DNA of 64,000 bases, from the NCBI RefSeq assembly GCF_963921235.1, contig NC_086101.1, positions 16,058,001-16,122,000 of the forward strand, given 5' to 3'. The notes beneath the pieces are model-generated. The model saw nothing but the letters and a program-made list of their open reading frames with translations. It was not told the DNA's origin and made no database searches. The translations under genes and the position numbers were made by a program. The stretch is from Mobula hypostoma. Lineage: Eukaryota. Below, piece by piece: positions 27,471 to 37,900 of the stretch (position 1 is its first letter; the number at the start of each line of letters is the position of its first letter).

Positions 27471-28130
27471 CCTGTGATTAAGGGAGTTACAGTTCCCATA
27501 CCAGGCAGTGAAGCAGCCAGTCAGGATGCTCTCAATTGTGCCTCTGTAGAATGTTCTTAGGATTTGGGGGTCCATACCAAACTTCTTCAACCATTTAAGG
27601 TGAAAATGGCGCTGTTGTGCCTTTTCCACCACATAGCCAGTATGTACAGACCACGTGAGATCCTTGGTGATATGTATGCTGAGGAATTTAAAAGCTGTTC
27701 ACCCTCTCAACCCCAAATCCATTGATGTCAATAGGGGTTAGCCTGTCTCCATTCCTCCTGTAATCCACAACCAGCTCCTTTGTTTTTGCGACATTGTTTT
27801 GTTTGCACCAGTGTCCGCGTGATCACGTCTTCTCTGTCGACTGCCCAGTTATTATTTGAGATAAGGCCAATTAATATAGTATCACCTGCAAATTTAATTG
27901 GCAAGTTGGACAGAGAGTAAGAGGTGGCTTAGTACACTGGCGTGAGTGTCACCTGTTTTGAGGGTCAGAGGGGAAAGGTGAGGGAGCCCAATCGCACCAG
28001 CTGCTGGCAATCTGACAGGAAGTCCAAGATCCAGCAACACAAGGCAGCATTAAGTCTGAGATCTCTGAGCTTCTTTTCGATCCTGGAGGGAATTATGGTG
28101 TTGAATGCTGAACTGTAGTCCAAGAACAGC
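27471..28130 (-). mobile_element. Rex1/Babar-like LINE fragments
   Basis: ORF 27429-27632 KAQQRHFHLKWLKKFG..FYRGTIESILTGCFTAWYG. Confidence 0.75.
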
Positions 28131-28339
28131 ATTTTATTTATGTTTCAGTAATTTATTTACTTATTTTTTACATGTATTACATTGAACTACTGCTGCTAAG
28201 ATATCAAATTTCATGACACACGTCAGTGATAATAAACCTGATTCTCAAACACACAGCTCTCAAAAGGAAATTACAGTTGCCGATTGCAGTGATTGTTGGC
28301 CAGAAAATGTATATTTAATAAATTAGTTTTGTTTACATG

Positions 28340-29200
28340 CAAAAATCTGCAGATGATGGAAATTCAAAACAACACACACAAAATGCTGCAGGAACTCAGC
28401 AAGTGAGACAGCATCCCTGGAAATGAATAAACTGTTGACTTTTCGGACCGAAACTCTTCTTCAGGATCGGAATAGAACGGGGAAGACACCGAAATAAAAA
28501 GGTGGGGGATAAGGGAAGGAAGCTAGCTAGAAGTGAAGGCAGGTGGGTTGGAAAGATAACGGGCTGGAGGAGAAGGAATCTGCTAAGGAGAGGAGGGTGG
28601 GCCATAGGAGAAAGGGAAGAAGAGGGAAGTGATAGGCAGGTGAGAGGAGGTAGTAGGCCAGAGTGGGGAATAGAGGAGGGAAGGCGGAGGGATTTTTTAA
28701 CCGGAAGGAGAAATCGGTACTCATGCCAAATGGCTGGAGGGTACCCAAACGGAATATAAGGTGTTGCCACTCCACCCAGATGGTAGCGTCATCTGGGCAC
28801 AAGGGGCCATGAACCAACATGTAGGAATGGGACTGGGTGTGGAATTAAAATGTTTGGCCACCGGGAAGTTCCGCTTTTGGTGGATGGAGTGGAGGTGCTC
28901 GATGAAGTGGCAGCCCACTCCCCCAAATTACGACGGGTCTCACCAGTGTAGAGGAGGCCACAGCAGAAGAAGTCCACACAATGGACAACCCCAACAGATT
29001 TGCAGGTGAAGTCTTCTTCACCTAGAAAGACAATTTGGTGCCCTGAATAAAGATGGAGGAGGAGGCAAATAGGCAGGTGTAGCACTTAAGTTGCTAACAG
29101 GGATAAGGGCTGGGAGGGAGATTAGTGGTGAGGGATGAATGGACAAGGGAATTTCAGATGCAGTGATCCCTGTGGAGGTAAAGATATTTTCAGTGATAGG
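28340..29200 (-). mobile_element. Penelope-like element 3' end (GIY-YIG C-terminus)
   Basis: QHLIFRLGTLQPFG and CGLLYTGETRR motifs. Related copies at 33050-33320, 47500-48230, 52130-52720 and 58170-58720. Confidence 0.75.
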
Positions 29201-30424
29201 ATTCTGAAGGAAATGATCGATCTGCTTTGAGGTAGGGTCCCGTTGCAGATGGCAGATATGTTCAGTGCTGGGATCCCTTTGGAGACGGCGGATATGGCGA
29301 GTGCTGGGATCTCATTTAAGATGGTGGATATGTGTAGTGGTAGGATTCTGGTGGAAGTAGTAGGTTGGTGGAAGTTAGTTTTATTTGCTCCTCACAAAAT
29401 GTTGCCTTGTCTCACCAGTAACAACTTGGAACCTGGGACGGGCCAGACAGGCAGAGAAGGAAGTAGGAAAGTTGCTTTAATATACAAAACACTGCAGGCA
29501 CTCATTCGATTAGCACAACATGGTGATTTAGATTCAATGAGTCATAGAGGACTACAGGTCCTAGTAGGTTCTAGGATCCAGATTCCAAGTTCACCTATGG
29601 AGAGAATCGACTATTAATGTGTCTGGTTAAGACCATTCACAATATCTGAAAGGTAGAAGGGAGAGGGAACGTGGATACTATATCCATCCTATCTTTCAGC
29701 CTCTGACAACATTCCCACTCTCTGGCCCCTCCTCGTTTTTGGGGAACAGTTAACTTGTTGGTCGAAAAACGCTTCCATTGTGCTGGTCATCAAATGGCCC
29801 GTTTGAGGTATGAAGCAGCTCTTTTCCATTGGTTGCCTTGTATGCCATGGCACTGGTGGCCCGTGTCAGGCACCTGGGGCATAAGAATAACTCACGTGGG
29901 AGGCTTAGTCACTTTGCCTTTGTCTCCAAGGACTTCTCACACTGACGTTGCGACCTCTGCTAAAGAACCATTGGGAAAGTTTGCTCCAGGCTTAGAAGGC
30001 CGCACTAAGTTTCTGTTTGTTGAATATTTAGTTTTGCAGTTTGGGTAACTTGGCAACTTAATTGTTTGGTCGAATCTTTTACTATTTGTAAATAAATGAT
30101 TAATATGCTTACTTGTAGTCAGTGTCTTCTACCTGACTCACCAAAACCCATGAACCTGCTTCAACGTTACACCTCCCCCCGAATCTGCCGATCACCCCCC
30201 TCACCTGCCAGTACATGCTCCATCTTTATACATTTGGCTATCTTCCCTCTAGTTACCAGTGCAGAGGAAGGGTCTCAACCAGAGACTTTGACTCTCCACT
30301 TCCTTCCACAGATATTGCCCGACACACTGAGTTCCTCCAGCATTGTGTGTGCTGCTCCGGATTCCAGCCTCAGCCCGAGTATGTCTCTCTGGGATGGCTA
30401 TAGAGAGTATGATTCCCCTATAGG

Positions 30425-30430
30425 TTTATT
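30425..30430 (-). terminator. Candidate polyadenylation signal AATAAA of the receptor gene
   Basis: tttatt on the + strand, downstream of the last predicted stop codon. Confidence 0.5.
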
Positions 30431-30614
30431 ATGCCAACAATCCCACACTTGACTAGAGAGCTTGATTTAATCTGATGCTCTGTTAATTCGGGGAGAGTAA
30501 CCAATGTGGAAGCGGAAGTAAATGTAGAGACACAAACTCGGGCCATTGACAGATTTCTTTCCTCGAAGACACGGAGCATTTGTGAACAATCTGATGCTAT
30601 TGGGGTTTCAAGGT

Positions 30615-30746
30615 TCAATTAAAGGAACAGAAACTGGAATCCTTGTTATATTCACGACCCAACTGCTGAGAGCACGTTTGAGGACCTGGTTCTCCGATCT
30701 TCCCAATCTTCCTCAAGACCTGTTTGTTCACAGTCCCATCTTCCTA
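30615..30746 (-). CDS. Terminal exon C11 coding part (NAGNAG acceptor: immediate TAG, or 42 aa EDGTVNKQ...SFCSFN*)
   Basis: Acceptor ggctcttctgtgttttcag|tag|GAA, phase 0. TGA at 30615-30617. AATAAA about 190 nt downstream. Confidence 0.6.
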
Positions 30747-31618
30747 CTGAAAACACAGAAGAGCCAAATTAATTCTGTTAACTGGTATGGCCTGACCGTT
30801 GGGAGTAAAGAACCAACTCCTCTGTAGTGGCAAGGTACAGGAGGAGGATATTTGGCCTATCTAGGCTGTACTGGCTCTTGCAAAAACCAGTTTATCCCAC
30901 TGCTCCACTCTCAGCCCATCAACCTTCAGATGCTCTTCCAGCTCTCTTCTGCTCGCTGTGACTGAATGTAATCCCAGTTTCCAATAATTCGCTGAGTGAA
31001 AAAAGCCCCTCTTGTCTCATGAGGTCAGAGAAAAGGTTCTCTGCCCCATCGTGGCCGTGCCAGTGATCAAACTGATCCTACCTTCACCAATTTTACCTTC
31101 TTTGCATGCCTATCAGCTCCTCCTCCAGCAGACTCCGCCACTCATCTACACAATTGGATACTTACAATGGCCGATTATCCTACTGACCCAACCCGCACAT
31201 TGCTGGGGTCTGGGAGGCACAAATCATTGTCCTTATCAATAAGGTGAGCAGCTTCTGAATCACTTGTGTCAAGTGGCCTCTGATGTACACTCTCCCAGTC
31301 GAGAGCAGTTTTAGTTCAAACAGCTGTGCGAACACTCATGGTCTGGAATGTCTAGTTAATCTAGACTCAAGGGAATACACCCCTCATCTACTCAATCTCC
31401 CCTCTCACATCTCCAGTTTAGGGACTTACTGGAAATAATCCAGCCACAGGGACAGGAAATGAAAAATGTTCTGACAGATTCTAACCCAATCACCACTTCA
31501 TTTCATTTCTGAAGCTAAGGGCCAAACACAGCTCAATTTAACATTTCTCAGCTACATTTTCGAATCCCTCCAGGATCTCCCCACTTGCCCTGACCTCAGC
31601 AAATGCTTGCTTTCTTAC

Positions 31619-31656
31619 CTGGTTTGTGGCTTCTTCAGGCTGGAGGCTACGTTTTG
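31619..31656 (-). CDS. Cytoplasmic exon C10 (38 nt, AKRSLQPEEATNQ)
   Basis: Acceptor tttgcttctttctctaattcacag, donor CAG|gtaaga, phase 1-0. Confidence 0.75.
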
Positions 31657-31719
31657 CTGTGAATTAGAGAAAGAAGCAAATGAGGCATCTAAAGCATCAG
31701 TAAATGTTACTGACAGATG

Positions 31720-32600
31720 ACCCCGTTTAGTCTCATTCCTGTTTAACCCCCTGTCCCAATTTAGTCCCATTCCTGTTTAATCTCCTCAGTTCCCATTTAT
31801 CCCCATTCTTGTTTAATCCGGTCAGTCCCTATTTAGCCAATTCCTGTCACCATTTTAACACCTCTGCCTATTTTAACCAGTTCCCATAGAACCTCTATTC
31901 TCATTTTACCCCTCAATCCCCACTCGAATGACTGTATCCATTTTAAGCACTCCATCTCCATTTTAATCACACTGATATTTCCCCATCCACATTATATTCC
32001 AGTCCCCATTTTAAATCTGTTACCATTTTAACCCCACTGACTAGTTCACCCCGTTCCTATTTAACCCCACTATTTCACACCAGTCCCTATTTAAACCCCA
32101 TTGGTTTTACCCCATTCCCAGTTTAACCCCACTATTTTACCCCAATCCCCATTTTAATCCCACGATTTTATCCCAGTTCCCCTGAACCCCCATTCACATT
32201 TTACATGAGTCTCCGCTTTAATGACTATATCCATTTTAACCCCTCAGGCCCCAATGACTTTTACCCCAATCCCCATTTTAACCCCGACTTTTACCCCAGT
32301 CCCCATTTTAACCCCACTATTTACCCCAGTCCTCATTTTAACCCCACTATTTTACCCGTCCCCATTTTAACCCCACTATTTTACTCCAGTCCCCATTTTA
32401 ATCCCACTATTTTGCCCCCACTGACATTTTAACCCCACTGACTTTTACCCAGTCCATATTTTAACCCCAGTATTTTACTCCAGTCCCCATTTTAACCCCA
32501 CTATTTTACCTTTGTCCCCATTTTCACCCCACTGGCTATTTTACTTCAGTCCCCAGTTTAACCTCACTATTTTACCCCAGTTCTCATGTACCCCCAGTCT
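31720..32600. repeat. Degenerate ~19-20 bp minisatellite (ccccattttaaccccactattttac-like) in intron C9-C10
   Basis: Dozens of imperfect tandem units with a strong C/T bias on the + strand. Confidence 0.9.
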
Positions 32601-32632
32601 CTCCACCATGCGTTGCTACCCTTGATACTCAC

Positions 32633-32667
32633 CTATCACATTCAGTTCGTCATAGCCGTCGTCCTGC
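32633..32667 (-). CDS. Cytoplasmic exon C9 (35 nt, EQDDGYDELNVI), YxxL motif
   Basis: Acceptor catcctccccacttcctttggcag, donor TAG|gtgagt, phase 2-1. Confidence 0.78.
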
Positions 32668-33553
32668 CTGCCAAAGGAAGTGGGGAGGATGGGGTTAATG
32701 AGACCTGGAATCTGTGCTGGTGGCATTTTACGTTTCTGTGGCGACTGGCGTCAGATTTTTATTTTACGAAATTCAGCATCTACCTCTTGTAGTGGGACCA
32801 CCCTGCAGTATCTCACTAATCCCACCATTACATGCTGTACCCGGTGCACAGTAACACTGGTTGCACTGGAGCCAGACCTTTGGTGCATTTTGTAACAGGT
32901 ACCCATGAAGTGCTGTCTCCCCCAGTACTGTGTTTCTGACCCAATGTTCTGCAGGAAAGGGAGCAAAACTACTCAACTCATTCAAGGGGCGAGTAAAGTC
33001 CTGAAAAATATATATAATGTATGCTTTGCTTGAGAATAATGTCAGTACGATAAACACAGGCGATTCTGCAGAAGTTGGACATCCAACGCAACACAGACAA
33101 ATGCCACCCAGCTTCCCTCTCACCTGGTCTCACCTATCACCTGCCAGCTTGTATTCCTTACCCCCACCACCATTACCTTCTCATTCCGGCTTCTCTCCTT
33201 CTCCCCCCACCACCCCCACTTCCTTTTCAGTCACGATGAAAGGTCTCAACCAGTGTTTATTCCTCTCCATAGATGCTGTCTGACCTGCTGAGTTCCTCCA
33301 GCATTTTGTGTGTAACTCTGTTTACGTGATGCTATGTGATGCTTCTACAATTAACTGTTTCATTGCATCCATGCATATGACAATAAACTCCAGTGTGACT
33401 TTTACTCACAGAATTCAACCATGTCTAAAGTGACTATTTGGTGTTCTTTTTGGTTATATATTAATGCATTTTTATCATTATCTTAACTGTTTGATTATTT
33501 CATTAATATTAAAATTGAACAATTATAATAAACGTCAAATATTAGAGGAAATG

Positions 33554-33778
33554 TAGCTGGCTGGTGGCGCAGTGGCATCAGCGCTGGACTTCGGAGCGAA
33601 GGTTCCCGAGATCAAACCCAGTCGGCTCCCCTGGCACGCTTTCCACCCGTGCTGGGTTGAGAGTCGAGCTAGCAACTCGACCTAGTAAAAAAGAAATTGC
33701 CTGCTACAGAAACGTCAACAGCAAAAAGTTGATGGCCTATGTTCTCTCGTGAGTTTAAAGGGAATTTCTTCTTCTTTC
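33554..33778 (+). mobile_element. tRNA-headed SINE with (TTC)-rich tail and 11-bp TSD
   Basis: A box tggcgcagtgg, B box-like gagatcaaacc. TSD tagaggaaatg at 33543-33553 and 33779-33789. Confidence 0.75.
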
Positions 33779-33924
33779 TAGAGGAAATGCACTTAAGGTG
33801 AGAGGGAGAAAGTTCAGAGGAGATTGTGCAGTAAGTGGTTTTTTTTTAACACACAGAGAGTGGTAGTGGCCTGGAATGGTGCAAGTTGATATAGGAGTAC
33901 ATTTGAGAGGCTGTTAGATCACAC

Positions 33925-33925
33925 A

Positions 33926-33960
<35 letters not shown>
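33925..33960. repeat. (CA)n microsatellite
   Basis: Direct dinucleotide run. Confidence 0.95.
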
Positions 33961-33961
<1 letters not shown>

Positions 33962-34307
33962 CACTCATACAGACAGACACACACGCATCACACAGTTTAA
34001 GGTGCTGAAGATTTCTGTGTCTGCTGCCCTTTCACAAAGGAGTTCTGGACTCCCGCTCCACTCTTGTGAAAATGTTGTTCCCAATCTTCTCTCCAATTCT
34101 TCCACCTATAATTTAGTGCCAGAGTTAAAGATGATCTTTACCTGACACCCGCACATCGAACCCTGTACAGTGAAATGAGTTGTTTGCGTCCTCGAACAAC
34201 ATAGTCCGAGGATTATGCTGGGCTGGAGGGCTTATTTCTGTGCTGTGATTCTCCATACTCAGTCACCCTATGTATCCAGCCACAACTAAGCTAAGTAAGT
34301 AACTCAC

Positions 34308-34405
34308 TCCAAATCGCCATCTTCCACCGATGTCTTGGCAGGAGTTCGGTTTTTGGAGTAACTTGGATATATCACTGCATACTGGATGTTCTCTACAGTG
34401 GGTAC
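34308..34405 (-). CDS. Cytoplasmic exon C8 (98 nt, VPTVENIQYAVIYPSYSKNRTPAKTSVEDGDL), canonical ITIM IQYAVI
   Basis: Acceptor tctttttctccacaag, donor GGA|gtgagt, phase 0-2. I-x-Y-x-x-I matches the ITIM consensus. Confidence 0.78.
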
Positions 34406-34973
34406 CTTGTGGAGAAAAAGATTCGATTAGAATGATCTGAGTACAATCAGCATGGAAATCTAAGCTTTTCACTGTAGGCACGGCAATACAGTGAAGGATT
34501 AGATTAGACCAGGTCCATGTCTGCCTTGATGCTCCCCGAAGAGTCAGATTCAGATAAAAGAGATACGACAACAAATTATATCCCACATGATTGTAGCCGA
34601 AACGTCTCGAAAAATCTTGCCAAGCTTGCTGGTCAACCAAACTTCCAAATATCCCATCCTTCCCATAGCTGTCTGCCATCCACCCTTGTCTCCAAATTCC
34701 ACCCCTCTCTGTCATCTGCAGAGCATTATCTGCCTGTTATCCAGCAGCCCCTACCAGTTACCTCCAACACACCCTCATCTCTTTGTACAGGCCATCTCCA
34801 CTTCCAAGCCCTGGTGCAGGGTTCAGGGTTTTGAATGGAAATGTTTCACACCACCACTCCCCGCCACAGAGGCTGCTCAACCCGATTGACTCCTCCAGCA
34901 GATTGTTTGACACTCCAGATTCTAGCATTTGCCTTCTCTTGTGTCTCCAGCTAGTTATTTACAGATGGTTCAC

Positions 34974-37900
34974 CGTGATGAAATCTTAAGGATTACTCAT
35001 TACGGACTGTACCTTTAAAAAGAGAGAGAGTGTGCCGCTGGTTCAGAGAGAGAGGCACCGAGCATTTCATGAGTCGCCATTGTGATAGAAGGGCAGAGCT
35101 ATATTCTGGACAGCTGGTGTTCAGCATGTTTGGATATATATACAAGGTCAGCTGGCTTTCTGGTAGACATACAGAGACACAGAAGAAACTGACACCAGAT
35201 GAGCTTTGAGTGCCCCAAAACGGGTGGGTTTTGTGGATCGATCAGGAGAATCGACCAGTGGCTCTGGCAGTGCAGGAAAAGGGGTGACCGGTGGAAAGCT
35301 ATCAGTGTGTTTAACCCTTGCCTGGGTTTATAGTTTTACCACGTGAAGACGGTACCTTTAGTGTGGTTACATTCGGTGACCTTAAAGTATTCGGAGGACC
35401 ACGGAAAGATTGACGGCATCAGCTTACTTGGATAACAAATCACCTCTCTCTCGCCTCAATTCTATTCAACTCAATGTCACAAACTGAACTAACTTTGTTT
35501 ACATACCTTCATAAGACTGTATCAATTACCACCTAAGTTTGAAGAAGTTTGGGTTTTGTATTTACACACCTATATATGCATAAACTTTGCTAACCTGTTT
35601 GATTTATCTGGTTGTATGTTACTTTATTACATAGCTACTAATAAAACAGAGTTAGTTAACAGCAAAACCAGACTCCAGGTGCGTTCCATTTCTGCTGTTT
35701 CTTTTAACCCGTTACGGGTTACGTAACAAAATTGGGGCCTGCGTCCGAGATATGAACTAAATTGGGGGCTTACTGATTGAGTGATTAACAATCTTATTGG
35801 CTACTTTTCCTTTGATTGACTCGTGTGTAGAAAACAGCAGAAATGGATGTTTGGGATTTTCTGGCATCGCCAGACCCTGCAGCTTTGAAGAAAGCTAGAA
35901 AGGATGAGTTGTAGACATTGTTAAAGAGCTGAAACTTACGGAGCTAAAGAAGGGTATGACAAAGGTAGAAATTCAAAGGAAAGTAGTTGAATGCTATATC
36001 TCTACGAAGCAATTTGATGAGGAGGAGTTAAAGGGATTTCCTGTAGGTAAAGAGGAGATCCAGTTACGACTGGAACAAATGAAATTAGATAGACTTAAAT
36101 TAGAGACTGAGGATAAAGAAAGGCAGAGGCAGTATGAGGCTAGAGAGGCAGAAAGACAGAGTTCGAGAGGGAGAAATGGCAGCAGATATCAAGTGCCAGA
36201 CCGTGGTAATGACCTGGTTGTACTGTTTAATGTCAGCCAAGAAATTAAGTTGCTACCTCCATTTGATGAAACCGAAGTGGATAGGTATTTCCTGCACTTT
36301 GAAAAAGTTGTCCTGATTCGGAAATAGCCAAGGGATCAGTGGGTTGTGCTGTTACAAAGTGTGATTAAGGGGAAGGCTCAGCAAGCGTATTCTGCCCAGT
36401 CTCTTGTAGAGGCAAATGATTATAGCACAGTGAAAGATGTTGTGCTTAAGGGTTATGAGGTTGGATCCGGAGGTGTACAGACAAAAGATTCGAGATTTGA
36501 AAAAGTCTTGGAACCAAACGTATGTGGAGTTTGCCCATGGAAAACAGGTGTACTTCAATCGTTGGTGTAGCTCAAAGGGGCGAATGAGGATATTAATCAC
36601 TTAAGAGAGTTGATATTGATTGAAAAGTTTAAGAGCTGCGTCCCTGCTGAACTAAGGACGTACTTAGTTGAGAAAGAGTTGGCAACACTTTCAGTGTCTG
36701 CTTGGTTAGCAGACGAGTTTGCCTTAACCCATAAGGTTACGTTTTTCTCGAATAAGAGCTACCAAAAGTAACAGAGATAACCCACAGGTTAAACCAGAAA
36801 GTAAGTCGGGAACTATTGACAAATGTAAAGAGGAAGGAAAGCAGTCAAAAGGAAAATTTTCCAGTTTTACGTGTAACTTTTGTAAGAAACCCGGTCATGT
36901 GGCGTCTAATTGTTTTACTCTGAAAAGGGAAAAAGGAAAAGAAAAGGAGACAATCCCAAATGCTTGTGTTCAGTCGGTTGAGATACCGCTAAGGAAGGAG
37001 GGGTCTGACCGAATTCAAGCGTTATTTGAGCGGTTTATCTCAAATTGGTTTGTGTCTGTAAAGGAGGGGTCAACTGTGGTTCCAGTGAGAATCTGGCAAG
37101 ATACTGGGGCTTTTCAGTCACTAATATTAGACAGTGTTTTGGAATTCGGAGATGAAAACTGATGGAGTGAATATTATCAAAGGTATTGGAAAGGGGACTG
37201 AGGCTGTGCCTTTGCATAAGGTAATTTTGAAATGCGACTTGGTATCAAGACCAGTCAAGATAGGGGTACGATCTGGATTACCAAGACAATCCAGCAGCTC
37301 GGTAATGACCTTGCAGGTGGGGATGTTTATCCAGCAGTGCAGTTAACGAGAAAATCTGCAGCTAACAACCCACACATGGATACGGATATTTACCCCACAT
37401 GTGCAGTAATCCGAAGCATGTCTAAAAAATCTGCTGATGCAGATAGTTCGGGGCAGGGGGATTCTAAAGCCCATGATAGCCAAAACAGGGGTTCAGATCA
37501 TGATGATTTATCAGAGACTTTTCTACCGACCCTGTTTCAACAGGATTTGGGTAGTAAGGCTGATGAGAGAGTTTTATCTTTGTCTAGGAAAGAATTCCTA
37601 GCAGATCAAAACCGAGATCCTGAAATTGTGGCTTTAAAAAAGCAGCTCTCTCCGATGATGAGATTCAGAGGGAGTCAGTAGGATATTACCTTAAGGAAAG
37701 GGTGTTAATCAGGAAGTGGAGACCATCCACTGTGCCTGCAAGTGAGGATTGGACCATTGTGCATCAAGTTGTGGTTCCAAAAGTTTGCAAAGCTGAAATT
37801 TTAAACATGGCCCATAAGAAGCCGAAGGTGGACATTTTGGAGTGAATAAGACTGGGAGAAGGATTATGAAGGAATTTTACTGGCCTAATTTAAGGAAAGA

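Noticed and set aside
31264-31323. 60-nt phase 0-0 segment (LFELKLLSTGRVYIRGHLTQ) that would fit between C10 and C11
   Set aside because: Weak pyrimidine tract and weak donor (gtgatt), and it is not needed for frame. Left out of the model without transcript data.
32751-32966. Minus-strand frame VTVHRVQHVMVGLVRYC resembling an Ig F-strand
   Set aside because: No B-strand Cys or Trp, no DxGxY, and no phase-1 exon boundaries; not a second V domain.
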